A stretch of DNA of 58,440 bases, the filler included, from Bipalium vagum (taxonomy: Eukaryota): NCBI GenBank assembly GCA_037834085.1. It is 3 parts of 3 records of this genome, joined end to end, with 100 filler letters (N's around TTAATTAATTAA, not from the genome) between each part and the next. Parts side by side here need not be neighbours in the genome. Positions count along the whole stretch, not along the records: positions 20,896 to 42,457 come from JBBMKC010235484.1; positions 42,558 to 58,440 come from JBBMKC010140241.1; 1 more part is not named here. One strand, 5' to 3'. Position numbers and translations under genes: made by a program. The notes beneath the pieces are model-generated. The model was not told the origin of the DNA and did not search any database. It saw only the letters and a program-made list of their open reading frames with translations. Positions 37,601 to 50,200 of this stretch are shown one piece after another; the first letter of the stretch is position 1; each line of letters opens with the position of its first letter.

Positions 37601-40600
37601 TTCAACACTGGTTCAGAAAATATCTTGGTGGTGAAAAGACGCTTGAAGATGATGAGGGTCGTGGGTGAAAGACAGTGATTGTAAACGACAAATTGAAAAC
37701 TTTGGTAGAGGCAAATCCTTGTACAACAGTTCGAGAACGTGCTCAAGAAATGAGTGTTTCTGTTGCACGTTCAAAAATAAAACCTGTTGGGATACGAAAC
37801 CGTGCCTCATCCAGCTTAGTCACCAGACCTTTCGCTCACGGATTATCACTTTTTTAAACATCTGCAGAATTTTCTGAAGGATTAATGTTTCAGAAATCAA
37901 GACGATGCCAAACAAGCCTGCAATAATTTCATCGCTACCAGAGATTTTTATTCAAATGGCATAAATAAACTTTTGACTTGTTGGCGAAAGTTTATTGATT
38001 CATATGGATCTTATTTTGATTAGCTATGTGCTTTTTTTATTAAAATGTATGCTTTCAAAGTTCTATATTAAAAAAGGACATTATTTTTTGAACAACCTAA
38101 TATTTGATTCTTTTACCATTAACAATTCTAACCAAGTATAAAAATTTGTAAAATATATCTATTTCTGTTACTTTATTGATCAGATATCGTTTTCTTTCAT
38201 TTACTAACTAGTATCTATTTAGATATATCATTCTAAACTGGATTTGCAATTCTCCTTATCTGATCCAGAAAACGGGACGATTATTGCCTGGAAGCATGAC
38301 AAAAAGATATCTTTTTATTGTAAGTTTATTTTTGTTTTTACTTTTAATAGATTCTGTTAAAATTATATTTTAATTTTTAATTACATTTCATTTATGTAAT
38401 TTTATTTATTAAAATGAAATTATCATTTCAAAAATCATATTGTAAACACTTTCATTTTACCTATATTTCTGTCTCGTTTGAAAATGGTTGCTTCAAAGAA
38501 AATATATTCTCGAAAGACATTTTTCAATTTTTAAATAAATATAAAAATTAAACTATTATCAGTGATTTTTAAGTCATTCTATTGTAACATTAAAAACAAA
38601 TAATTGATTTGTTTTATTTTCTTAACATTTTTATTCTATGTAAAACAGGAAAAAGTTATGATTAATTTAAGAAAGGTATGGATATTGATGCAGTGGTAGA
38701 GAATCATTTCCCAAAAGGATGATCAAGGCTACGTGATACAAAAATCCAGCGACACCAGCATCATCTTAAATGATGATCAAACATTCTCTGATTTCCATTT
38801 TCATAAATATTTCCCGGTGTGTTCCTGTCACTGATCAGAAATGTATTGACGTGTTGCACTGGTTTCTCATGTTACCATATGCTGTGTTATCTTTTATTAA
38901 GGTTCTGGGATGTTTGAAAATGTTTTTAGTCTTGGCGTAAATATCAAAATTACAGTAAATTTATGAATTTAATTTTAAGTGGAATATTTCATAGGTCAAT
39001 ATTTAAAATTAGAAGGTTGATCTATCAATTTTTCTGTGACTTTCATAGCAGGCATGTTTGACGTTATCTCAAAAATGGAAAAAATAATCATCGTGCAGTA
39101 CTTGAATATTTATATAAAAGTGATTAACCGATAGACAAATTTTCTATGGCACAATAGATTTTCTAGGAGATGGTGTACCTTCATATCCTACTATAAAAAT
39201 TTGGTAACTTAATTCAAGAGGTTACACAAATATTGGAGATGAATGGTCGTCCAGAAACTGAAGAAAATATGAATTATTTTCATGATATGGTAATAGATTT
39301 CACGTTCCTTCTTTTTGATTTGTGTTAACCTCTGATAATTGGTTTTTGATTTTTTTTCGAATGATTAACTATTTGCTACTCATATGCTGACTATAATCTT
39401 TTCAAAATCACTTTAGGAATTGGATTCTTCAATTGCAGAATCATTGGAACAAGTGTTAAATTGAATTATAAAATTATTTTTAAGCATTAAACTATTTTTG
39501 TCAGACTAAAAATTCTTCAACTACTTTGGTGGAATTGTTTGAAGTACATACAAAAAATAATGATTCAGTATCATGAAAAAAAAACATTTACATCACAATA
39601 AATTAAATAATTATTACTTAAATTTTAATTCTAAATTAAATTATTAATGTTTTTAGATTTAAATGTTGAAATTGATTGGCCTAGTTATGCATTTGATTAA
39701 ATAATTTCTCACTTGATCAGTTCAGTGCTGCAATCAGTTAAGCCACTATTTTATCTGATAAAGTCGGTATTGTTTTTGTAAAAGTTTTATATGAAAATTT
39801 AGTTAAACTCCAAGCAAGAAGCTGAAACATTTGTAGTTGTAAATTTAATATTAGATATTTTTAAAATTTTTTAAAGCCAACTACTGATTTTTAGTCAGTA
39901 GATTAATTCTATAAATTAATTGTAATTGACAATTTAATTTTAAAATATAAAATTAAAGATTTCCTATCTCAAATACAAGTACATCATAATAAATCGATAA
40001 TTCTATCTGGCAATTTTGAGAATGGGCATTTCAACAAAAAACAATCAACGGACATTTCTTTTCAATTGTTCATCGATCGGTATAGCTGGGTGATTTCAAG
40101 ATGTTTGAAAAGTAAAACAAAAGGTTTGTTCTAGATTTTCAATGAAAAGAACACAGTAGAAGGAGCGTAAATAATATTAAGTATCAAAATCTTAATTCAA
40201 AAAACATGTTTCAACTTAAATTTAATTTGGATCACCTTGTATTAATTTTAGTGATATTCATGAATAGAAAATTAAAGGATATTTTGATGTTAAGAAATTG
40301 ATCAAAACATCAATATTAATCCCTGTAGACATTGCTTTTTTCTCTATTTAAAGCTACAGAATAAAATTTTCACTATTTTACATTATCGATTTGTATTGAA
40401 TTTATTTTTCGTTTTTTATCTCACAAAATTGTTATTGATTAATGAAAAAAATTGTTTTCTTCAGTCAATGACCATATCAATCTTTTAAACTCGTCCTTAC
40501 AAAATTGGATTGTACTGAATCAATTCTCCACTTTTCCAAAGATTTCCCAGCATGATTTGTGGGAGCTTGAGGTTTTGAGGAAATCGGTCGTTATTTTCTT

Positions 40601-40779
40601 ATTCAATAATTCCGATGTGATGGACATAAGTTCCATTTCAGAACAAGATCCTCGTTCCGATTTACCATCGATTAAGTAAATCGAGATAATCTTGATGACT
40701 TATTTCATTTTTTTGACTCTTCATTTAGACTCTTTAAATTGGCAAAATTGATGGCATCGAATTCAGTTAATGAAGCCGA
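34671..40779 (+). CDS. TMX3: Protein disulfide-isomerase TMX3-like thioredoxin, 5' ten exons (3' end missing)
   Basis: GT-AG exons 34671-34689, 34748-34805, 34846-34885, 34933-35096, 35136-35216, 35336-35444, 35490-35567, 38223-38319, 40465-40675 and 40729-40779 splice in phase. The product is signal peptide + VIELDSNF..PWLVKFYAPWCGYCRKLEPIY..PVKVGRIDATRY..IRGYPTIK..GDRT..KRALG..LPS.., then b/b' domains (LQNWIVLNQFSTF..LWEL), collinear with TMX3. Confidence 0.9.
36131..37160 (+). mobile_element. rosa/DD41D-like Tc1-mariner relic in TMX3 intron 7
   Basis: Starts TA-cagggtgattcataagtaacgcac. Contains FLIKCYYSSG.SPTIALRKF, NECHFYMNG, ETVNGEHYLSM and FMQTGAPAH. Confidence 0.8.
37314..38100 (+). 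mobile_element. Internally deleted mariner with both TIRs, in TMX3 intron 7
   Basis: TA-ttaggtggttcaaaaaaataatgcc ... ggacattattttttgaacaacctaa-TA. Contains MEKKQLRPIF, INNAFGEGT, DKLKTLVEANPCTTVRE and PDLSLTDYHFFKHL, with the central catalytic region deleted. Confidence 0.9.
39060..39300 (+). mobile_element. mariner 5' relic in TMX3 intron 8
   Basis: MEKNNHRAVLEYLY.., LGDGVPSYPTIKIW* and RGYTNIGDE resemble the Himar-type N-terminus. Confidence 0.6.
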
Positions 40780-42111
40780 GTACGCTTTTATTAAAACTTA
40801 TTTTATTTTGAATATGCACATATTCAATTGATATATTAATAATAAAATATAATCATTAATGGTGAATTAAAATAAATCAATTTAGGTTACTTAAAATAAA
40901 AATAAATTTAAGTTGTGATTAAAAGATACTGTTGAATCTTATTCTATCTTCGATTTTTCATATACTTTTGATTGATTGTTGTTTTTTTTTTATTTAAAAT
41001 ACATTTAAAAAGATATTTACATTAAGAAATAGTTTTTGAATTAATTTGATTTTTCTGTCACAAAACCATTATTTGTGAAACATTCCAGTGTTTAATTATG
41101 TTTCCATTATTTATAGATGTTTAAATAAATGAGAAGAATTCTCATCGGTCAAGAAGTATTAATATATTTTCTATTGATTTTCAGATTTATTGAAAGATTT
41201 CGACAATCTAATAATATTTTTTGGATTATTAATTTTACTGTTACCTTGAATTGACAATTTGAAAATTGTATAAATATTCAAAATTGGTTTGTACTGTCTG
41301 ATCATTGTGAAAATTGAAACTGAACAGTTCACAATACTGGTAGTTTAACTAGTTTTTGTATATGATAATGCTTGATAATCCATGCCTTCTCTATGCAGAT
41401 TTCTTGTCTTTTTCTTCAGGATTGGTTTTTAAAAAAGACCTATTTTTTAAAATTCGTTTTCGATCTTTATTATCAACTGCAACCAAAAGTCATAGAATTA
41501 AAAGGACAATTATTATTTCCCAGATTCCTTGGTATACTCAATTTAAAGAATTTGAAACGAACGGCTTTATTCTAATTGATGAAATTTTCCATTAACATAA
41601 TTAGATAAACAAAATTTTTTTATCTATTTTGTCATCGGGAAAGAATTAGATAATTTTTGAAACCTATTCATATTTTATTTTAAGGTAAAGATTTTCAAAT
41701 TAGCAATGTTAGTTACTGCCACGTTATCGACAGTTTCAGAATTCAAAAACTCAAGATTTTTTAACATTTGTATTTGAAGAAAATTATTTAACCTTTCTCC
41801 TTTTATCTTTTATTTAAACAAATTAATTATCTAAAAATTTTATTAAAATTATTAAAAAACTTATTTTACATTAAGGATTAAATTTTAATATATTACTTTA
41901 AAAATTATTTTAAAAATATTTATTATTTATTATTTAATATTATTTAAAATTTAATCCTTACAAGCACCAATAAGATTTGAGAAGTCTAAATAAAAGTCGG
42001 TTCCTAAAAGATAATGCTCGTTCTGGAAGAGTAATTAAAGAGACTCGGAGAATATTTTCTAAATAAGTGTTAAAAGCTATGAATGGTTTTTCTTTCTCAT
42101 TGGTATGATAT

Positions 42112-42457
42112 ATTGGGTTGTCCGGAAAGTTCGTGCGTTTTTTTATTAGAAAAACAGACTGCTTTTTTACAGAAAAAAATATTTTTATTTAAAATATAAG
42201 TACCATTCTGTACAATAATTTGTTGCCATCTATCAGATAATGCTATAATTCCATTTTTGAAGAATTGTTTGTCTTTTAGATCTAAGAAATTCTCCAAGTG
42301 CAATTTGATGCTGGATTCTGTGGTGAAGGTTTTATCGACCAAGGAATTTTGCAAGGATCGAAATAAATGATAGTCCGATGGTGCGATATCAGGACTATAT
42401 GGTGGATGTGATAAAACATCCCAACCAAGCTCCAATAATTTTTCCCTGGTGACTGAA
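42112..42457 (-). mobile_element. Young mariner element 3' end (truncated by the spacer)
   Basis: Uninterrupted ELGWDVLSHPPYSPDIAPSDYHLFRSLQNSL...FFKNGIIALSDRWQQII, followed by the TIR gcacgaactttccggacaacccaa-TA. Confidence 0.92.
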
Positions 42458-42557
42458 NNNNNNNNNNNNNNNNNNNNNNNNNNNNNNNNNNNNNNNNNNN
42501 NTTAATTAATTAANNNNNNNNNNNNNNNNNNNNNNNNNNNNNNNNNNNNNNNNNNNN
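42458..42557. other. Artificial contig spacer (N44 + TTAATTAATTAA + N44)
   Basis: Identical in form to 20796-20895. Confidence 0.97.

Positions 42558-42626
<69 letters not shown>
42558..42626. repeat. (AAT)n microsatellite at contig start
   Basis: Perfect trinucleotide run. Confidence 0.97.
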
Positions 42627-42999
42627 TGATTTTCCCTTAATTTTTTGAGGACTTGAAACTGTTTTAGAAAATCTTCAAAATTATTCTTTTTTTAATATTA
42701 TTTGTTAATTATTTTAAGAAAGTTGTTTATTTTTTATCATTAAGCGTATTTTTTAAAAATGTGGGATAATTTCCCTTTCCCATATAGTTCCGAAGACAAG
42801 TCGACAAAACCATAAATAATATTAAGATTTTATTAAGAAAAAATAAAAATGAGCAAAATTCCGAAAAATTGTAAAAAAAAAAGATGTATCTGGACCGCGT
42901 ACAGAAAGTATATTGGCCCAGGCTTATGTCAATAGCCGATGATTTGCCCTAAACTGGCAAGGCATACGTAGAATGGTTGATTCCCATACTGCAAATGTT

Positions 43000-43720
43000 T
43001 GACATTAATATTCGTGGCGCACAAATCGCTGTCTGGTGATATGAAGATAATTTCGTATGTTTCCCAATTATTTGTTAATTAGCCGACCTACCAGCTGGCG
43101 AAAAATCCGTCGTTCGGGATCCGTTCAATTTTCCATGTGAAAATAATGTTATCTGATGCTCTCTCTCTTTAGTTCAGAGCTTGCTGTCTCTTCCACCAAA
43201 ATTCCTTGTCTTGTGCCAGAGCTCCTTTTATTTCAGTTCTTCGTTGTTATTGGATCCGAGAATCATTAAACTCCTACAGAAAATATAAGACTTTACTTAG
43301 ACATTGTCAGTATATAGGCGTACCCCCGCGAAAGATGACTGGTGTTAAAAATAAACAAAGATCAGGTTTTATGGGGTATTTGCTTTGTTCTTAATGAAAT
43401 TTCTCGTGGCATTTTTCATTTAATATTGTTACAAAAACTCAATGGAACAAGACTCAAACATCAAATTTTGCTTTAAGGTGAATTAAAGTGCTAAGAAAAT
43501 TGAGGATGCTTAGCACTGTTTATTATAAAGATTGACAAAACTGTACCATTTCCTTTTTATTTTCATCTGAAAGGTCATTTTAAGTCTGACAACAAGAATA
43601 AATCAAATGGTACAGTGATTGAGATGACAATTCAATCTGTTTTTGACGACGTTTTGTCATTGCTAAAGACCATATGTTAAATGTTCACTGTAATCCACTT
43701 GGATTGTCATGTTTAAAGGG
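43000..43720 (-). mobile_element. Possible very old non-LTR (RTE-like) retrotransposon relic
   Basis: Minus-strand TFNIWSL (like the APE 'TFNVRSL' start) near 43680, and IKGALAQDKEFWWK (like the RTE tether 'RSLRNDREQWW') near 43200. Weak. Confidence 0.35.
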
Positions 43721-46479
43721 GGAAATAACACAGCCATTGGACATTGAACTGTCAACGGTGCGAAGCCATAAAGAACTCTTGACATAACAAAAATAGGCAT
43801 TTCAGTCATGCACGATTTATCCAAAGAGGGAATACTGAACTGGATTACAGCACAAATTATACGCTCACGCTAAATTAAAATTGATCAATCTTTCCCAAAA
43901 CCAGTGATCGTTGGAAAAATAATAAATATTGGCAAACATATGTTTTCGAAGAGAATTAACAAGAAAATTCAATCGGACTGACTCTGGTTAAGATAATCTC
44001 AGCACCCAATGTGCTCACCCCACTGGAATCAAATCTGCTGAGAAATAATTTTATTGGTTTCATTTTTGGGTCATATCAGCTGGTTTGACCTCTTGACTAG
44101 GTGAAACGACAATTATTTTATGATCAGATCTTGATAACCCTACCAGGTCTTTGGATACAGCTTGAGGACCACCTTTTTCCATAATAGAAATATTTCAGTA
44201 CTATTACTCGTTCTTTTAGTTTCATTAGTTTTAGTGTGTTGTACTACGTCCTCTGACTCATTGGTCAGACGATTACTGGTGACCGTTATCAACAACAATT
44301 CCTGACGTTAAGTGGTGCATTGAAAGAAAAATGACTGCTGTTGGCTAAAAGATATGGAAAGGTATTATAAATATACATGACATTAATCAATAATATAAAT
44401 TAAATTGCATTATCCAGAGTACCACAGGACTGAATTATTAAAGTACACCTTCGAAGTTAAAGGTGGAACTAGCAAAATTTGTTGTTCAAAGAGACCTTTG
44501 TCAGAAAGGAATTCATTTCCGAAAATTCTTAGAGTTTTTCAAGGAAAATAGAAACCGTTTTGACTAAACTTTTTTCTTCGTCTTTTTTTTGGTAGAAATT
44601 GGCACACAATCGAAACAGTTATTATTTTTATTGCCCGTACATCATCCGTTTTTATTATTTGTTAATGGCCGGAATTCTTGACGAAAGAGGGGTTTTGAAA
44701 ATAATATTTTTCGGAAGATAAAAATATTCGCCGACCAAAACGTGACAAAAAACCATTGGGTTTCCATAAAATTACCAAATTGAACCATAAAAGCTTTCTG
44801 CCACTCGGGGTTAGCGGCTTTCCGATGAGTGTATCGTTTTGAAATCTATCGAAGTAAAGCGAAGCCCGAGAGAGAGAGAGATCGTTCCCAAATGCAGATG
44901 CACCATTGCTCTGTGATTCCGCCGGGAAATTTTGGTGCTTGGGAGAATGCCTTCCACCATTCCCGGAGGTGAATCACGGCCGCGTTGAATCACAGTTCGC
45001 CCTACCTTTGATTTTCATGGCAGACGTTCGATTTCCCGATCACATTCAGACCAGCACAGCACGGCCGTGTGAGAAATACCATGATTTTTTTCTCTTTCTA
45101 CATTTCCAATAACGTTTCTCATTTCCATTTTCATTAGGCCCTACGTGTCAGAATCCCATCCCAAGAGAGAGCATGTTTTATTTATGCCTTGGTTATCGGT
45201 TGGTTGTTTTCAACCGAAATTTATTGCCGCTTTCACTCATCGAGCTAAGCCCCAATGTTTACTTTTTTCCATTGACATATTTTTTCGAAATGTCACTATA
45301 ATATTACATTGACAAAAGATGCCTGCGCTCGGTTTCGGTTTAGCGTTGGAAAGATCACTTATTTGGAAAAATTACCGGTCTTGGTGGCTCGGTGGAAAGA
45401 GTAAATCTATTCCGATTCAAACAGTCTCACACCCGTAACCATGGAGGGGACCTGTGGACTTTTCAAGGAAATTCCCAGATTTCCTTGATACTAGAAAATT
45501 GAGGAAACGCTGAGATTTTATTAGGATTGACAAATTTCCTTCTGAGGTGATATAAATAAATTATGTTTTATCGTCCATGTTTATGACCAAATGGGGCGAT
45601 AAATTAATTTTGTGCAGAGAGCCTTTTAATTAATGGAAGGAAAATCCCAGACGGATTTGTTTCTGGTGCTGACGGCCGGGTCTCTCACCAGTTTCTCTCC
45701 CAAAGCTGTTTACATCGGTTTTTGAATATTTATATTTATATTTTCGACATTTGTAAATAATAATATCAACAAATATTAATTGGTTATCACCGGATTGCAA
45801 TATTTTCAATGGTAATGATGCTTACGATTTCCAGGCACATGATGATTAAATAATAAAAAAATATAAAAGGTTTTTAAAGGGAAAATTATCCGTTTCATGG
45901 CTTTTTTATTTAGGAAAACACTTTCAGAAAACTGGAATATTTTTAGCTTTTTAAAGGAAATTGGTTTGTTTGTTTTAATGAAATTAATCGATCAAAATTA
46001 ATGAAAATTTTTGTAAAGGAACTGTAAAAAATTATTATTATTATTTATATTTAATTTATTCGTTTAAGAATTTTTTTATTCTTATATTTTTAGGAAATAA
46101 AAAATAAATAAATAAATCTTTCAAATGAAAATGATAAATTTTATTTGAATGAGAGAAGAAAAATTGTTCATTTAAATTTTATATTGATCGACTTTTTTTT
46201 AATGTAACCCTTTATTTAATAGCAGTTTTTGTTATTTTAGCATAAAATGTTAGATACACTATTTCTGTTAGTGGAAAATAAATCTGTTTAAACATTTATT
46301 ATTATTAAACGTTTCGATTTTTTTATCAGTTTTTTTATCAATGGAAAGTGTTTATTGGAAAAATAAATTGATTTTGTTTAAATTAAAAGTATCTCAAAAA
46401 TTATCGGAAGTTCAAAATCACACAAAACTATAATGCAATTATATGAAAATATAACGAACAAAATTTATTATTATTAAAA

Positions 46480-47015
46480 ATAAGAACCGTTATTATGCAG
46501 CACATTTGGCCATATTTCGATAAGTTTTATTATTTGTTCACTGTACTATTCTTTAGACTTTGACACAAAGTACTTCCGGCAAAATTTCTCTACTTCTTCA
46601 AGATTAACAAACTTCTGTCCTTTCAACAATGTGATCCATCGATCTAAAAAGTGCAAAATCTAAAAGTGCAAGGTTTGGACTATAAAAAATGTGAGGCAGG
46701 AATCCAATTCCACTAATTTTAGTAAATTTATATTTAAACCAATCTGAAATTGCGCTACAGGAAACGACACTTTAACATTCCATGTCACGAATAGTGATTG
46801 TAGCAATAGTAAATCCATTTATCCAATAATTAAGGATCAAACATTGAATTCTGTATTCATTTTAATTATGAATTCAAATTAACACATTTAGTGTTTATTT
46901 AAACATAACCCGCAAATATCGTTTGAAAGTAAAATATTAATTTTTTAAGAATTGTTATGGAAAAATTTTATTTTGATAAAGAAAATTCAACTATCAAACT
47001 TTTGACACAACCTAA
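46480..47015 (-). mobile_element. Decayed, internally deleted mariner
   Basis: TIR-like aaacttttgacacaacctaa-TA. Minus-strand PHIFYSPNLALLDFALFRSMDH..KGQKF matches the mariner YSPDLAPSDY region. Confidence 0.7.
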
Positions 47016-47211
47016 TATGAAATAATATATTAATAATAATATATTAATATAATATATAAATATAATATTTTTAATCAAAAGTCGATTATCAATTTTAACT
47101 AATTAAAATTACATCACCACAAAATCAATCGAAATAACATCGCAGTTTGATTTTCTTTCCCCTTTTGATGTATCAATCCTTGGGAATGGATATCATTCGA
47201 TTTTATCTTAG

Positions 47212-50200
47212 GGCAATCTCGTTACTGCTTTTGAGAACAGCCTTCAAAGTATGAGCTTGAGACTTCAAAAGTTTGCTGCAAGCAGTGAATCAAAAGAAAA
47301 TGAGCTGAATGAACTGAAAAACACTATTGATTTGTTGAAGAAGCAGGCCTCCTCAAATCCCAATAGTCTTGATCAAAGTAGTCGTGGTTTTTTAAATCTA
47401 AATAACAATTTACTATAAAATATTTCCTTCTCACAGCTCCTGGAAAGATTTATTCCACTTCCAGCTTGACAAGTCTAATTTGCAATTCAAATTCTATGGA
47501 AAAGCGATCTGATGGATCCAATAAAAAATCATCATGGGTAATCATTATGCGCAGAGTCTGTTGATGATCATTATTTTTTAAATAATATAGTTGAAAAATT
47601 CTCTTGGAAGGGCTTTTAAGAAGAAGTCGTCGAAATATGATGGTAGTACGGAATCCATAAATGACATTCACCAAAAGCAAATTGATAGTGCAAATTCAAT
47701 ATCTCAGTCAATGTAAGTTCTCATCGGTCTGAGACCATGTAATAATGGAGGGAGATTGAGAAAATGATTGTCTAATGTATTTTTATAATTCGATTTGCTC
47801 ATTTATACTTACCACTGTGTTTAAAAAGTAAGGTGACGGTCAAAATAAAACACATTATTTATTTAATCACCAAAATTTTTTTTGTTTCCTTCAAAGTATT
47901 CTCCTCCCGTCGCCGGACACATGCGCCAACGTTTACTCAATTCAAAAAGCACAAAATCTTCATAAGTTCGTCTTTCGATTTTTGTTTTATTGATTCAACC
48001 GAATCAAATCTTGTTCTTCTAAGTGGTTTCTATAATCGATTGAATGTCGCAAGGTGACATATCTGGAGAATATGGGCATGAAAATAACATTTTCTGATTT
48101 TTTGACTAAAAACTCATGGATAACAATTGCATTATGAGAAGGGGCGTTGTCGTGGTGTAAAAACCATGAATTGTCTGCCCACAAATCTGGTCTTATTTGA
48201 TAAATTGCCTCGTGTAAAAGACGCATAACTTTAAATAATAATCCTTATTAACGGTACAATCTTCTGCAAGAAATTATTAATGAACTACACCACAAAAATT
48301 CATAAACTGTTAACAAAGTCTTAATTTTTGATTGCATTTTTTGAATTCTTTTAGGTTTTTGTTCATCCGGAGTTCGCCATTCACTAGACTGTTGCTTTGT
48401 TAGCATATCAAACTGGTAAACCCATGTCTCTTCACCAGTAATAATACAATTGATTTTCTACTTGCTCCAGAATCTCTTTAACAACATCAACAAGATGTTG
48501 ATGTTTTTGCAAAAAATCCAATGATTTTGTTATCCGTTTAGCTGACAAGCGATTTAGGCCGATTAAATCACTTAAAATTGAATTCACTGAACCTATGGAT
48601 ATGCCTATATCACACATTGAAATGATGATTTGCCATAACTTTGTCCTTAATTGTTTGCACATTTCTTTTTGCTATCAATGTTGATGGACGACCAGAACGA
48701 TCCTTATCTTCGATGTATTCACGACCTTCTTCAAACATACATTTTTTGTGGATAAGAATTGATCACCAAATGCTGTTGCATCATTTGAAAAATTTTAGTG
48801 GCATTGATTTCATTTTTTTAACAAAATTTATTGCCATTTCTTTGCTCTGTATTACACATTTAAAAGGTCAATTAATTTGTGTAAATAGACAACTGTTACT
48901 TATTTGTTATTTAACATATCAAAATGAAATCGGCAAAAATATGGGCGAATGTTGTGGAAATATAGAAATAACCATTTTTTGGACTCCAACATTTATCTGA
49001 GCTTCCCATTTATAAGACCCCTTACTTTTGAACAAAACAGTATTATTAGAACCATTTACATATAATAAACCCAAAATACGGCAATTTTTTAAAAATAAAT
49101 TTTGATTGGTGTAAATTTATAAACCCCAAAAAAACTTTAAAAATTTTACTAGTATAAATCATTTAATTTTACATATTGGGTTTGATGTAATGTTTTACCT
49201 CCTGAGATAAATAAAATTTACAGTGTTATTTTTTATTCAAACATTAATCAGTTACATACTGGTCTTTTTTATTGATTATCTGTTTTCTTTGTTGCAGCTT
49301 TCTAATTCAATCCTCATTTTGATTTTGAAATTAAAATAAAACCTGACTCACCAAGTCTTTACAAATTTCCAAAGACTGAAAACGTTTATCATTAAGCAGT
49401 TCTGCAACGATCAAAACAAATAATAACCGGAAGGAGAATATTCCGTGTGTATGTTATAATTCTTGAGTGGTCTTGAATTTAATTGGTGAAATATCTCTTT
49501 ATGTTTATTGGCCAAACTTGAATGTTTTCCTCCGAAAGCTTCTTATCAAAATATCTAACTATCAAAAAAATATGTCACAATAAATGACATTATTTGAATT
49601 AATATCCAGCTGAATTTATTTGGATGCCTCAAAATTTTGAGGTATTCTAATTATAAGAGGATCTTATCGTTACCTTGTTAATTATAATTGTGAGTGTTAA
49701 AACAAATTTGTAATGTCCTGAATTTTAACCTAAAAGTACGTTTTATTAAAATTCTCCTATATAAAAATAGGTGATAAATATTTACAATATCTATTGTCAG
49801 GACTGAATCAGAGAGTCTTCATGCTCTACGAAAGGAACTAGAGGAAAAAGATGCCAGATTAACTGATGTACAGCTGGATGCGTTATCTCGTTCCCACCAG
49901 CTTGAGCAATTGAGAGATCTCCTTACAAAAATGCGTTATGAAATGTCTTCGTTAAAAGCCGATAACAATCGATTACAAAGCCTAATGACACTGAGCAATG
50001 CTGGTGCTTCCTCTCAATCTTTGGAGCAATCAGTTAATAATGATTCTTCGGAACAGTTGGATCAGACTAGTTTGCATAAAAATTGGCCAAAGCTGAAGGA
50101 TCTAAGCACAAGACCTAAATTTGGTAATTAAAGATTTTTAGGGATAAATATAATGAATAATAACTGACACTAAATACGTAAATTAGCTTTTAAGTTCTGT

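Noticed and set aside
47146-47169. 24-nt micro-exon upstream of navigator exon 47212
   Set aside because: AG/GT flanks and phase fit, but the peptide (FDFLSPFD) does not match the expected NAV coiled-coil and could be chance.
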